63,195 nucleotides of DNA, filler included, from Octopus bimaculoides (GCF_001194135.2; 4 parts of 3 records of this genome joined end to end with filler, not necessarily neighbours in it); one strand, 5' to 3'. Counted from the whole stretch's first letter, positions 26,100 to 40,885 are shown. Notes: generated from the letters alone by a model not told the origin. Made by a program: numbers and translations.

Positions 26100-26945
26100 T
26101 AACAATAATACTTTCTACTATAAGCACAAGGCCTGAAATTTGAGGGATGTAGATAGTCGATTACATCGACCCCAGTTTTTCACTGGTACTTTTTTTGCAG
26201 ACCACGTATGTATGAAAGGCAAAATTGACCTCGGCTGAATTTGAACTCAAACAATGGTAAGTGTTTCTAGCATAAGCGCCAGACTAGAAATTTGAGTAGC
26301 ACCGTCGCAGAAGCTAGTTGCGGGGGAGGATGGCGTCTACTGTATAAGCATGTATAGAGACTACAGATCGGCGACAAACTGAAGGTTTATATCACTGCTC
26401 AGTCAATCAGAGTACTTGACTACAGCGTAATATTGTCAACGCAGGAACGACGAAATGTAAGGTTGATAACGTTGGGATTTGAAGTCACAACATAAAGAAA
26501 AACGGAACCATTTCCTTAACGATCTCTAATTGATTTCAGATTTTAGCACAAGGCCAGCAATTTTGAGGGAGGGGTAAATCGATCCCAGTGTTCAACTGGT
26601 AATCTATTGTAACTATCCGGAAAAATGAAAGGCAAAGTCGACCTCGCGGAATTTAAAATCAGAACGTAAAGACGGACGAAATGACGGTAAGCAGTTTGCC
26701 CGGCAACGTAACGATTCTGCTAGCTCGCCGCCATAAAAGTTACCTGCATAATGATTTCAAATTTAAGCACAAGGCCAGCAATTCTGCGGGGAGGAGTTAA
26801 GCCTATTCAATGGGGTTTTTTTTATCGAGTCGGAATGAGTGAAAGGGAAAAATCGACCTCGACGGCATTTGAACTCAGAACATAAAGTTGGAAGAAATCT
26901 CGCTAAGCACTTTTCCCGGCACAGTAACGACCCTTCCAGTTCACG
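26100..26945 (-). mobile_element. cluster of three SINE family A copies (26100-26253, 26522-26733, 26750-26945)
   Basis: Repeated gcacaaggcc...aaaggcaaagtcgacctcg...tttgaactcag blocks. Confidence 0.85.
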
Positions 26946-27636
26946 GCCTTTCATTTGGACCCATATTAAACTAGATCCACTGCACGTAGGATCCAATGCC
27001 TTTCCATCCACGGCCTAATCGATCCGTTTACCTTTTAATGCACGCTCATTAGTATCAACATTATCCGATTACACTAAGAAAGAATGAGATGTGCTCGAAA
27101 GAATATTCTGGCTGCTATTTTTAGCATTGTTAAGTGATAGAGTAAGACGCTCTGACGTTAACACGGTTACTACTTGTGTAACAGCGTGGCCGATGGTGAC
27201 AGACAGTTAGGCGTGGCATGTATAACAGAGCGGTCGATAATATATCGTGTATTTCCGTACGAAAATAAACATACATATCCCTTGACAAACATACATCCAT
27301 ATATACATACATATAAAAGCATGCACACATATAGATGCACATGCGCGCAGCAAAAATATATACACACACATACACACACACATGCACACACGTACACAGA
27401 CACACAGTCATACACATATCTACTCATACAAATACATACGTGTGTATAGTCACAGAAACCTATATCTGTCCATGAGTGTGTGTTGTGTAAACATAAATGC
27501 ATACATATATACATACTCATATGCACACACACACACACACACACATATGAATAAATGCATATTTACATACACATACATGAACACACCTTAACACGCACAT
27601 AGATGCATACACATTCACAGACACACACACACACAA

Positions 27637-27883
27637 TACGCAATAATCCCTTGCCATATCGCAATTCATTAATCGCGGTTCACTTATCGCGGTTTATTAT
27701 TTAAGCTTACGTCAATTCCTCTGTGACGTTGTTTTGCATTTATAATAAAATAAACATATAAAAATTATAAAAAATAATGAGAAAAAAAATATACACTATA
27801 ATACTTTTCCTACTTCAGGCATTTTTACCCATCGTGGGGTGGTTTTGGAGCGTAACACGCGTGATATTCGAAGGATTATTGTA
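27637..27883. mobile_element. pogo/Tigger-like MITE
   Basis: Imperfect TIRs caataatcccttgccatatcgc and gcgtgatattcgaaggattattg, with TA at both ends. Confidence 0.6.
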
Positions 27884-28316
27884 TATCGTTTCTGTTCTTT
27901 CTTTTCTTTGTTTCAGTCAATGGACTGAGGCCATGCTGGGACAACCGCCTTGGTTATATATATATATATATATATATGTCCATTCTTCGGTCACTAGATG
28001 TCCCTTTTTAATTTTAATTACTGATATGACACAATATGTCATATGTGTTTGTATATTGTTTTTATTGTCCTCTTAGTTGAAAATAAACTGGTAAATAGAC
28101 ATAATACAATGACTGCAAGTTGATGAGTACCACACATTCCCCTCCATTTTATTATAGTTATATAAATTAAGGGTAAAATTTCCTTTTACCCGCACCCATT
28201 TATTGCACTTGGTAAAAACACTAGTGTAATAATTATTGGGTATGCTCCCAGCAGTATATTGGATTGATATTATCTCTTAGTGGGTTGGATTCACAACCCC
28301 TAATTTTCTTGGATTA

Positions 28317-28342
28317 TCTATATATATAAAAATGAGAATGTG

Positions 28343-28373
<31 letters not shown>

Positions 28374-28640
28374 GTGAATCCCTAAAACTCGAGAACTACG
28401 CAACCAATTTCATCCAAATTTTACAGATGCCTTACTTAGGGTTCCAGTTGTGTTTTAGTCAAAAAAATTTTTAACTTCTTGCAGAGTTCGAGCCCACGGC
28501 AACATAATATCTCCCCCACTATTTAAGTATTACGTGTCAAAAGTGAAACAAAAACACTCATGTCAAATACTTTCACTTTAAAAATGAAACTATTCTACTA
28601 ACTGAAACAATCACATTTTGATACTGTAATGACAGATACT
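28317..28640 (+). mobile_element. non-autonomous Helitron/Helentron-like 5' end
   Basis: A|TCTATATATATAAAAATGAG start followed by a (TCTG)n tract; no 3' CTRR end identified before the gap. Confidence 0.5.
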
Positions 28641-30109
28641 TTCAGAGAGAGAGAGAAAGAGAGAAAGAGAGAGATGTATATGTATACATATNNNNNNNNN
28701 NNNNNNNNNNNNNNNNNNNNNNNNNNNNNNNNNNNTTAATTAATTAANNNNNNNNNNNNNNNNNNNNNNNNNNNNNNNNNNNNNNNNNNNNTATATATAT
28801 ATATATATATATATATGTATAAATGTATATATATATGTATATATGTATGTATAGTTTCCATACATGAGAGTTTATGACAATATGTATATCTATGCGCAAG
28901 CAACATACACTCAAATAAACACACAGTCACACATGGAAACACGTTTATGTATATGTGTTTGTTCTATAGATGCAATTCAGAAAGAGGTAATAACTGAGAA
29001 CGTAGACGATATCAGTCTGGAAAGTGAGACTATTCATAATATATTTCTTCAGAATTTTATTAACTGTCAAAGAGAACAATGTGGAATAATCTATTTTCCT
29101 CATTAAAGAAATAACAACGACACTAGCAACAAAACCAATATTGTAAACAAAAGATGGTGCGGATTTCATTCTCTCACCCAAATAAAATTATTTTGGCTAT
29201 TTCTTGTTTTGCATGAATGAATTTAATATGAATTGATATATTTTAGCAATACCTTAATTTTGTTACTTAATAAATACATTTCAAGTTAAGAAAGTTGATG
29301 ACTTGGCCATTTGTTTATCTGTGTACTCTTCTTAAAATCTTTCGCGTCCTTACTGATCCTTTGTTATCGGCCCCAACTTCATTAAAACTGAAGCTAAGTT
29401 CAGAAAGATATGCACTTAATGTATATTCTGCAATGAGATTGCCATCATCATCTATATATCAGAAAAGAAAAACTTTCTTATATGTGATATATATCTTATA
29501 TCATGGTATACCGCTGAAAAATTCAATGGTGAGACTTTGATAATACGATTTATAGATCACTCTAACAGGATGGAAGGTAAAATCGAATCCTGCAGGATTG
29601 CATTCTGAAGGGGTGAATGGATGGTGTTTAACGTGTATCCTTATGATCTATGGTCTTTGCTACTGAAAAAAATAATAGCAGTATTGCGTACCGTAGAAGG
29701 GTGACGCGTGACAGAAAATAAGGAACTCTGGCTTCAAAAAGAGAGCCATGTTTATTATTGTTGATTTAATATATAAATCACCAATGGAAGTCATCATGTC
29801 TCAATCGAAACACAATGTAAAATTTAGTTGGAACCCTGATGGGTTCGCGTTTGTTCTACAAAGAAAAAACTAGCATTGCTTAAGCTCTTCGTGTGTATGC
29901 ATGTGTGTGTTTGTGTTTGTGCGTGTGTGTATGTGCGTATGTATTTTAGCGTGCGTGAGTGAGTGTCTGTATGAAGAGTAATATCCAAATATGTAAGTAA
30001 TTCATATTATTATTATTGTTCTGGTTTCCGTTTTGGTGCTGCTGCTGGTATTGTTGTTGTTGTTGTTATCATTGTTATTTCATATTCCTTCAACAGATTA
30101 GACTTTTGG

Positions 30110-30530
30110 AAAAGAAAAGTTCCTAGCATCGGGCTACAACAAATTTTTGTGGAGGTGTTGCGCTATCCATCTCTTTAAATTTTTATGGATTGTTGTTAAT
30201 GCACCTATAACTACAGGGATATATTTTACTCGCACTCAGTGGTTAGACCCTGGTACTTTGCTATTTTCCCTATATAGCTCATATTAACTTAATCATCACT
30301 TCGGATTGTTAAGTCAATTATCTGGTACTTTCTATTCTAATAAGGCCTTCTAGCTTTTATTACTCTGTACGTCTGAATGTTAAAGACCCCAAAAATCTGA
30401 TATTTCTTACTTTCTATTACTTCATCAGTATGGTCAAATCCTAACTTTCTACATAACTCCGATTGGATTACTCTCCCTAGGTTGTCACGTATTTTCTTGT
30501 ATTCTTTCTCTACCATCATACTACATTCAC
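30110..30530 (-). mobile_element. R4/Dong-type LINE, decayed RLE region
   Basis: RDNLGRVIQSELCRKLGFDH..FNIQTYRVIKARRP..KYQGL..PVVIGAL. Confidence 0.7.
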
Positions 30531-30589
30531 TTACTATATGAGTAACACTTTCTTATATGAGTAATATTTCCTATATGAGTAACAGTTTC

Positions 30590-30656
<67 letters not shown>

Positions 30657-30659
<3 letters not shown>

Positions 30660-30966
30660 GCTTGACTTTTGCATTATATTTGTGCAAGTTGGCTCCAAGT
30701 CTCACCCAAAGACCTCAAGAGACAACAAGTACATAGTGTTGTTCTAGAAAATTATGTGCGTTTTAAAACTTGAGATGACATAGAAAGTATTTTTCGTAGG
30801 ATATGGGTAGTTCCCATGAGCGCTATCTTTTGAATTTCTGCCATTTTGGGGTTTCCTGTTATCTGAGCTAGGTAGCAATCAGCTCCTTTTGCTATCATTC
30901 CCAATGCACTTATAACAACAGGTATTGTTTTAGTCTTCAGGTTCCACATTCTGCTAATACTTGCTC

Positions 30967-30968
<2 letters not shown>
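30657..30968 (-). mobile_element. R4/Dong-type LINE 3' end with 3' UTR, flanked on both sides by (AAT)n
   Basis: ISRMWNLKTKTIPVVISALGMIAKG..EIQKIALMGTTHILRKILSM; (ATT)n at 30592-30656 and 30969-31031. Confidence 0.9.
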
Positions 30969-31030
<62 letters not shown>

Positions 31031-31504
31031 CATTGTTGTTATTACAACTGTGTTTGCAGATTATGTTTGTTTAGAGAGTATGCGGCCGGATGATACAAGA
31101 ATAGGGGGTGGAAAAGGGTCCGAAAAATGCACACACGTATTTCCAACTTCCTGACTGATACTAACTGCATTTTCCAAATATTCTAATGTTGACATGAACA
31201 AACTGTATCGTGTAATACAGATCCTATCCAGAGAGCATGTTCTGGTTCTCCATATTTAAACATTTTTAGCTACATGGACCAAATATTCGTGATCTGCAGG
31301 GCCGACTAGTAATACTTCATAGACTGCGAACCGGTTACTGGCAACTGGAGGCTACGCTCTCGGTCCCTCAATATTACACTAACTGGGATAGGGAATTAAT
31401 TAGTTAAGCAGACATTGACGGCAGCATTCGGCAATAACAAATGGTATTTTACCCGGGAGAAAGGTCGACTACTATTGGAAAAAGGTCGATAATGTTCAGA
31501 AATG

Positions 31505-31506
31505 TC

Positions 31507-31544
<38 letters not shown>

Positions 31545-31620
31545 CTTCTTCTTCTTCTTCTTCTTCTTCTTCTTCTTCTTCTTCTTCTTCTTCTTCTTCT
31601 TCTTCTTCTTCTTCTTCTTT
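31505..31620. repeat. (TTG)n(TTC)n microsatellite
   Basis: Direct sequence. Confidence 0.95.
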
Positions 31621-33548
31621 GTTACTGAAAACTCTAAAGCAGGTCCACATCGGATAAAACAAACGGTAAAATAAATATTATCTGAGTCTTTCAAATACGC
31701 ATTCTGTAAAAATGCTGTGCATTTTTCTAATGTAACAGTTCGAATGTTCCTCATTTATTTTAGAGTGTTGTAATGAGTTTGCAGTGTAAATATTTAGAAA
31801 CTTCGCATCGCGCTAACCATTACTCCAAGTGAAATTCCACATGCTATTGTTTTCATCTTTGAAAAATTAGTTATCCTCTTCGAGTTTCAACGCTGAAATA
31901 TAAATTCTTTTTTTCATATCACCCAAAGTTTCTAAATTCTTATAGCGTAAATATTACATAAGTTTTGAAACAGATGTTTTGTAAGTTAATCCTCATGGAA
32001 TAACATCATTTCTGCTATTTCTTCGTTTAATAATATTATTCATAAGCATCTTTACGAATATAATCAAGTTACATTATCGAATTATATCCTCACATAATTT
32101 AGTCTTGGCTGCAAAAAGAAAAAAAGAAGAAAAGAAAAAGAATAACGAAGAAAACTAATTTTCACCAGGAATTAAATAAATATCGTTTAAATTTTTTGAT
32201 GTGCAGAAATTCAGTTTAAACTCTGCTGAAATACTTGAGTGCAAATTCTTTTATTTTAGATTTATTTAATTTAGCGTGCATGTTTTATGTCGATTATGAG
32301 TTTATGAATACACATGATATGAATTATCAAGTACTAGATAATTTCAGAAAAGAGTCAGTTATTTACAGAATAAAATCTAAGTGATCCTGTTGATACCAAA
32401 TTAAAAATGGTTAAACTTTTATTTCACATTTTATATAGGAACGCAGAAATATTGTCCATATAGGAAAATAATGAGAATTTACAGTGCATCATTATTGATC
32501 TAAGTCAATGCACAGCGATAAAATATTTTGTTACAAATATTTACATAAGTTTATCCAGTATATCATCTCATGTAATCTCTGCTAAGAAAACAGTGACTTA
32601 AAAGGAATATGCATCCTCAGTGTGTCTGATCAAAGAAGTTATCTTACACATCTGAGCTCTTTATTAAGAATTGCCGTACAGAATATACCTCCCTGCTCAT
32701 CTACAGTCACCTCCTCAAAGCTGACGATATTCCCTATATCATTTCCTGATTCATAATTGGCAGTCGTTTTCCGTACACGGAAGACCAGCGACGTTGTAAA
32801 TTATGTTGTGGTGTCTCCGTCACTACATATACATAACAACCGCTCACTATGTGCCGGCTGGCGTCTCCGTATCGACTACTTCCTGTAGTCTTTCGTCTCT
32901 CTCTATTAATCTCCTCTTCGCTCGACAATGATGTTCATTTGATCTAGCATTCTACCGTAATTTATTGTCTATTTATATGCTTTTTGTTTCTTAATACCGT
33001 AATAAAGATGGCAGCATTAAGAAAATTATTAACTCTATCACAGCAGCTCTTCCATTCGCGCCTTATTTCGTCATTTCACCTATATTCCTTATCTTATTTC
33101 CTAATGGAATAGTCTGAACTTGTTTGTCACTAACCCTATGCATTTCTCACTAAGCCTGTGCAATTACAAACGCTGTTCTATAATTTGCCAGTCATGATTT
33201 CGCATCACATATCTCTTAGTTTTCCTAATATAACATTCGTCCTCGTCCTCCGTCCAAATTCACACTCTGTGTTGTTTTACTTGGTTTGTTTTCTTTGTTC
33301 GTGTCCCGGATTGCCCGCAGCGAAAAAAACATTTTCAGGCCCTGCCAGTTGGGAAGCCCCCAGTCTTATCTTTAAACTGGTCGATAACTGATGAAGAAAT
33401 ACGGACCTTCTGTTAGTCCCCTGTTCGTTTTTAAAATCAGTGTACGTTACGTCGTTTGTTTATACATTTTTCAGTTATATATATATATATATATATATNN
33501 NNNNNNNNNNNNNNNNNNNNNNNNNNNNNNNNNNNNNNNNNNNNNNNN

Positions 33549-33584
<36 letters not shown>

Positions 33585-33644
33585 ACGTTAAATATATATA
33601 TATATATATATACAGATATATGCACACACGAACACATGTATGCA

Positions 33645-34555
33645 CAAAGACATACTTTCGAAGTAGCATCTAAATTTTCCCGGACGAGCTCTGTAGCGTA
33701 CCAACAGATGGAAGCACCTAGTTGCATGCGCAGTAGGTGTTGGCAGTCACCTTCACGAGACACTGTGCCAATTAGTTTTGCTGTGTTTACATTTCAAGTT
33801 TTGATATTTGCCTTCTTGTGATCACGTCTATACTGTAGTCTGCGATTTTATCAACTTTAAATTTTGTGTTAAACTGGAAATGTCTGCTACACAGATATTG
33901 AGCATTCCTCGGCATCGTTACAACAAAGAGGCAATGTGTCATACGCAATGTTTCGAGAGGCATGTTCACTTAAAAAGCGGAAAAACCTCCCTGGAAGACG
34001 ATTAGCGATCTCGAAGTCCTGTCACGAGTGTCACCACTGAAATGTAGTATTGTACATCGAGAATTCGTTCTCCATGTCCTGACTGTCAATCATGTTCTGC
34101 TGCAATGTTTTGAAACGTTTGAGAGAGGACGTTCGGTGAAAGCGGCCGGAAGTTAGGTGCGCGAACGAATTATCCTCACGACGACAATACACCCTCTCAT
34201 CGAGTACTCCTTACTCGTGAAGTTCCCGACAATAACTACATGGTATTGCTACTGCACCCGCCCTATTTGCCAGCTATAGCACCTGTGGACGTCATTCTCT
34301 TCCTCAAGATGGAAACGCAGCAGAAAAGGTGAGACCCAGCTCAGTGGTCCAGATCGAATCGCAGAATGTCTTCGGCTCGTTTACGAAAAGCGACTTTCAG
34401 GCCGGATTCTAAAGTGGCAAGAAAGCTGGAAGAGATGTGTTGCTGTGCAAGGTGACAATTTTGAAAGAGATCATATTAAAATTTAATTAAATAAGTTATG
34501 TTTTATTGTTTTATTAAACATAACGAGTCTGGGAACTTTCTCATACCGTCTCAAA
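33645..34555 (+). mobile_element. internally deleted mariner element
   Basis: N-terminal KFCVKLEMSATQ...CHTQCFE...KSGKTSLEDD; C-terminal HDDNTPSH...LHPPYLPAIAP. Confidence 0.85.
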
Positions 34556-37500
34556 TATATATATATATGTGTGTGTGTGTGTAAATGTGTGTGAGAGTGT
34601 GTGTGTGTATGTATAAATCTATATGTGAGTATATATGTATCGATATGTTAGCATGTATATATATGGATATATGTATGTGTATAATCAAACACACAAACAA
34701 GCACACGCAACCACCACAAACTCATAGAGACAAACGCATACACGAATGTATACACAATATGTATATTTGCATCTCTGATAATCAACATTTTCTTGTTTGG
34801 AATCCATTATTCATACTTTCAGCTAACATGTTCATGCTAAGACATATTCAAATTGTTTTTAAACATATTTCTCACTAAAGGGGATAAATTACATATTGTC
34901 CTGTATAATTCTGTGAAAGGGTAAAGTTAAACTGAAATCTTTTCTCTCATTCTCATAGATGTTTAACATTTATTTGAAGATTTAGCATATAATCTGCATA
35001 GTAGCGTTTTATATATAAATATTATACATATTATTTCATCGTTAGCATTAGTCGTTGATCTGAAACGTAAAATTCAGTTTGCGACCTAACAAGGTCGTCA
35101 ATATTTAAAATTCATCATATCATTTTATAGTATTGTAAATACTATCAGATACTATCGGATTTCTTTCTATCAACTGGTATAGAATGCGGAAAATAATGTC
35201 CTGCAGCGCAAATTTTGAATAGCATGACCTTGCTTGCTTCTGTAATATTTCAGTACGACGTTCTAAAAGTAAGCTATTCTACGTGAATGTATATGTGCTC
35301 ATATAAATATATACATCAACATTTATGCATGCATACAAATACACATGCACATATATACTTGCATATACATAACACACACACATATATGAATTTTCTCTCT
35401 CCACCTCTCTCTTATTATACACACACAAACACTATATTTCCATATGTGTGTATGTGTGCGCACGTGTGTGTACAAATACACTTATATTCGCACATACATG
35501 CACACTTCATTTAACAAAATATTTGAAAATAGAGATTTTTTGGTTGTTATTTCTGTATATTTGAATGTTTTCTATGCGATTACGTGGTATTTTATAATTC
35601 GTTATCAGCTTCGTTGTGTATTCTATATCTTTGATTCTAGAGTTAGCGGGAACGAATTATAATTGAATTATAAATCTAAGATTATTTTCAGCAATTTTCA
35701 CAGAAAGCAAGTGATTTTTTAAATTTATATATTTGTTACTTTTTTTTTCAAATGAAATCTTCAGTTTGAGAAAACAAACACGATAAAAATACTTTTAGAT
35801 ATCCACCTGGAAAGTTAACTTTTCTAGAGGAGACATTAATAACGAATTTTTCATTTCCTTTTATGGAAGTAAACATGCTAATGTATTCTAAAGCTATTGT
35901 TTTAAAATTTTATTTCAAAAATACAAAGTGGCATACAAAGCAATTTCGGAGGAAAATACACTTTTCCTCAAAAATTGAGAGATGATTTCTATCTCGATAT
36001 TTTTGTATAGTCAATGTAAAAAGCAATGACAATAGCAATTTATATGTGGTTGAGCAGGGGAATGGTACCTTTGAAAGGAAGTTTCTACTCCACTGTTTAC
36101 AAATGACTAGAATTCTCTCAAGTGACATGAGTTGATGCTTTAATCTGAATAGTGGAGTATGTTTATCTTTCCATTTGGCCACTGAAAATACCGAACTGGA
36201 GTGGATGTAATGTTGACCTCAGCTAGATTCTAAGTAAATTTTAAGGCCAGTATAACCATTTACATAACTTAAGCATTTATGCATAGTATAAATAGCCATT
36301 ATCTCATTTTTACTCTCTTTACTTATTTAGTTACTATTTCCTTACTGATCAGCGATGCTTCATCATTGTTCTCTCAACTCCTGTTTAACATTTAGACATA
36401 GATTTACAATTGTATTCTTCAGTGCATCATCCCTGCTAAGGAAATGGTGAGTGTTTTGAGTAATATTTGGTTGCTATGTTTAGGGAGTACTGTGTTGCAC
36501 TCGGGGTGAAGAAGTAAATTCTTTACATTCCTTTCATTACCAATATATTTGCAGCACTGTGAGGGGTTTATACACAGGCTACATTTGTAACAAATAAATA
36601 GTTGCATTCTATAAATATGATTATCATATAAGATATGTGGGTTATAATCAATTTATGTATATGAGCATCTATGGGATGGTGCCCATTTGTGTACCTATAT
36701 TCGCTTTTCTTAAATCACATTTTTTAATATTATTCTTTGAGATGTCAATAGAATTTCCCTTGTCGATTCACAGACATTTAGATAGGAAGCAAAGCACATA
36801 CATCCATTGTTACAACACTTACTTAGAAGTGTAAATACGTAATTGTATTCGTATTTACATTCATAACTCATACGCAAATACAATTTGACATAGCAGACAT
36901 TTAAGGCAAACTTGTTTTACAGTTACACTGCCTGTATCTATATTATAACTTCATCTACTTTCTCTTCTGAAATTCATACCAGCCTCCAACGACTCAAGCA
37001 TTATGAAAAAATTGTTATTTGCCTTGACAATATTCAAGAGAATACTGTCCTATTTTACTTTTACTCTTAGTTCAGTATAGTTTACGAGATAGTCATTACG
37101 ATATAATTTCGTTGCATAGATGACCATAGCGAGGTTATTACGTACCGTGTTGTCTACGCCTGTAATTACATACGGCCAGGTTATTATGAAGGCTACAGGC
37201 ACAACTTGTGATCTTGGTTTGGTTGACACTACATGCGAGCGGAAGAATCGCGGTGATCATTTTACAAGTTACAACATTCATTGTGATATCATTAAGATTG
37301 CATCTCTCTGATGGAGTCTCAAACTAGGTATTTAACAATCGGAAGCGAATTCATTTATATTTTTATATACACAGGGTCCACTACTGTAAAAAAATGAATT
37401 CGTAAGATACATATATCAATGTATAGTGTGTCCACAGATATGTATGTATACACACGCACACACACACGCATATATATACATGTGTGTGTGCGTGTGTGCG

Positions 37501-38302
37501 TGTGTGTGTATGTGAGTTTGTGTGTGTGTATATATGTCTGTGAATATACCTTTATCTATCTATATATACATCTCTTTCTCTCCCTTCCTATCTATCAATC
37601 TCTATCTATATATGTATATATACATACACAAACACACAGACACACATACTCATACACACACATGTATATATACATATATGTAATGGGGCAGTAAACACCA
37701 TGTATCTTTGAGGCATCTTCATTTACCAGCGAATAGATATATATATATCTTGCCATGTGTTAATGGACACTCTGTGATGACTTGCTGCCACACATACACA
37801 TCAAATTTTTATCTCAAAAAACTCATTCTAGATGGAAGGTTAATCTACAAGAATAAACTTGTTCTGATAATAAATTACTCATGTGGCTGACGCTACTGGG
37901 TATAGTTTACTTTAATTGAACGATAATCGTTGATGTTCTGATAATATGATTAGTAATGAGATTTTAATAAAATTAATTATTACAGCCCCAAAGCTAGAGC
38001 AGCTAGAAATTTTCTATTAAAATTTCCAGTTAGAAATGATAAATAGATAAATAAATAAAAAAATAGCCGCCTGCAAATTTTACTGCATAAATTCTTGTAT
38101 AATTTCCTACTCTGTTTAAAGCTGGCAAACGAGATAAATTCCTTATTCGTTGATGTATTTCAATATCCAGTTTCTTATTTCTTGCAACATAGAATAGGAT
38201 TGGTTTATTCGCGTATGTTTCGTAAGTGCCACCTTGTGTATGTATGTATGTATATATGTATGTATGTATTTATGTATGTATGTATGTATGTGTGTATGTA
38301 TG

Positions 38303-39925
38303 TTATCAATCAGTTTCATTTCTGTATTTCTTGTCCATAGAGAAAGAGCCGGACTCTAACATAGATTCAAGGCTCCTTCATTAGAACTTTTATCAACATC
38401 ATCTAAGTATTTGTGCATATGTGTGTGTGTGCAGTATTTGGTTTTAGTGAATGCGCAGATTTGTATGTTTGTTTTATGGATGCGTTTTTATGTCTAGATG
38501 CATGCATATGTATTTATGTGCTAATTTTTTGGAAAGTTTTACATATGTTTACAGTTCCATTGATGGCTTGAATCTGTAGTCTTCTAATCAGCCTTTTTCT
38601 TTCAGGTTTTGAGAACCCTAATTTTTCCAGGTTTTTGTTGAGGCAGTTCGTTACATATCACAATGCCCCAACAATCACGAGTATGAATCTGAACTTGTAG
38701 TCTGGGTGGAGTATCTGTAAATTTCTCAGTAGCTCGGCGTAGTTGTTCTCTTTTTCTCTAATCTTTAGTGGGATGTTGACATCCGCAGGACAGCTGATTT
38801 CTACTACTGTACAGAGTTTCTCTTCTCTGTCCCAGATTACTATATCCGGTCTATTATGTCTGCACTTTATTGAGGTTTTTATTGGGACATTCCACCAATA
38901 CTCTTTCATATTGTGAGTGGTAATGGCCTCTACCTCATTATGGGTATTCATCTCCTTAGCCTCGGAGTTATCCTGGCGGCGGATTTCATTGTATAGTGTC
39001 TTGGCCACAACATCATGTCTCATGGGTAGGTAATACCGTGATGACATTTTTGGACAGCTGCTAATGATGTGGGTGATATCTTCGATATTGATTCCACAGA
39101 GTCTGCATCGATTATTACATTGTGGCGCTTTGCCCGCCTCTCTGTCCCGTTTGTTTATTAGGAATTTGGCTGCTATTTCTTGTTCTTGAATAGCAAAGGC
39201 TTACCCTTCAAAGTGAGAGTTGGTGACCCGATTGTTTGTCCACGATAGACTGCTCTGGTTGTCAATGTTGTTATCACCCTGGAGCTTTCTGTTGACGTAT
39301 CCATGCATGGTCTTCTGCTGGAATGCATTCATCCTCTCCTCTGATGTTATGTTACGGTAGAGTCTTGCAATTTCTTTGGGTAAGAGTTCAGGGTTGTCGA
39401 ATAGGGAATGTTTGTCAAGTAGTTGCCTTCCCAATCTGATGATGGTATTTACCTCATGTCTGCAGACTTCATCAAGGGGTGCACTTCGACACTTGGTGGT
39501 TATGAGATGATGTCGAAGAGATATGACACGGCATTCAAAGGCAGTCTGAATTGATGTTAGGCCCCTCCCTCCTTTATTTCGTTTCAGGTATAGGCGGTCT
39601 ATATCGCTATTGATGTGAAAGTTGTTCGTGCTCGTTAGTATTTTTCGGGTCTTCACATCAAGGGCTCGGATTTCATCGATCGCCCAGTCAAGTATCCCGA
39701 ATGTCGGTATGAGTACTGGTACTGCAAACACATTGCGGGCTATTGCTTTATTGAATGCAGAGAGTGCCGAGGTCCATATTTTCCTAACCCGATTTCTGTA
39801 TTCCTTAGTAACACGTTCCTTGTTACAGGTACCTTCATATGATACGTTTTCATCTACTCCCAGGTATCTGTAGCATTCCTCATCAGATATTGGAGAAACA
39901 GATAGGCCAGTGATGGAGATGTTGT
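38303..39925 (-). mobile_element. 5'-truncated R4/Dong-type LINE (RT C-terminus, CCHC knuckle, RLE, 3' UTR) flanked by (TACA)n
   Basis: One frame from ~39925 to the stop at 38514 with only two internal stops (39201, 38658): YRYLGVDE, DIDRLYLKRNKGGRGL, CRLCGINIEDITHIISSC, RHD, NRPDIVIWD, VEISCP. Confidence 0.95.
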
Positions 39926-39946
39926 TATGTATGTGTGTATGTATGT

Positions 39947-40833
39947 AGAGAAAAAGTAGGGTTTTAACCTAGATCCAAGGCTCCTTCATTGGAATTTCAA
40001 CATCAACAACAGGGTATTTTTGTATATATGTAAGTATATGTGTAGATTTGTATGTTTTGTTCTATCCATGCATTCTGATGCATATATTTGCATATCTAGA
40101 CATGTTCATATTTATCTAAATGATAAACTTCTGGAAAGTTTTACAGAATTTTACTGTTCCAGTGATGGATTGGATCTGTTGTCTTCGAATCAGCATTCTC
40201 CTATCTGGTTTTCAGTAGCCTAATTTCTCAAAATTGGTATTACATATCTCAGGGCCCAAACAATTACAGGTATAACTGTGAACTTGTAATCTTGTTTAGA
40301 GTAACTGTAAATTTCTCAATAGTTCAGCGAAAGTATTCTCCTTTTCACTGATCTTCAGCCTTATGTTAACATCCGCTAGGCAGCTAATTTCCATAACTGT
40401 ACACAGTTTCTCTGCTCTATCCCAAATCGTTATACCAGGTCTCGTGTGCTTACATTTTATTACAGTTTTCACTGGGACGTTCCACCAGTACATATCTCAG
40501 GGTCCAAACAATTACAGGTATAACTGTGAACTTGTAATCTTGTTTAGAGTAACTGTAAATTTCTCAATAGTTTTTATTATGAGTGCCTATGGCTTCTACC
40601 ATACTGTGGGTTCTTATTTCTCTGTCCTCGGAGTTATCCTTCCAAGGGATTTTATTTTAGAATATCCTAGCAACAAAATCATGTTTCATCGGTGGATAAT
40701 ACCATGATGACATTTTCGGACAAACTGCTTATGATGTGGGTGATATCTTCGGTGTTAGCTCCACAAAGTCGGCATCCGTTGTCATATTTTACTGCTTTTC
40801 CTGCATATTTCTTGTGTGCAGGTATTTCCTGTT
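39947..40833 (-). mobile_element. second, more decayed and rearranged copy of the same family
   Basis: GCRLCGANTEDITHIISS; YWWNVPVKTVIKCKHTRPGITIWD; ITGTVKFCKTFQKF; same 3' UTR; (TACA)n on both sides. Confidence 0.9.
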
Positions 40834-40854
40834 GTATGTATGTATGTATGTATG

Positions 40855-40885
<31 letters not shown>

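Noticed and set aside
28736-28747. TTAATTAATTAA islands inside N gaps (also 42896-42907 and 58640-58651)
   Set aside because: Identical 12-mer centred in similar N runs with stops in all six frames; an assembly linker, not biology.
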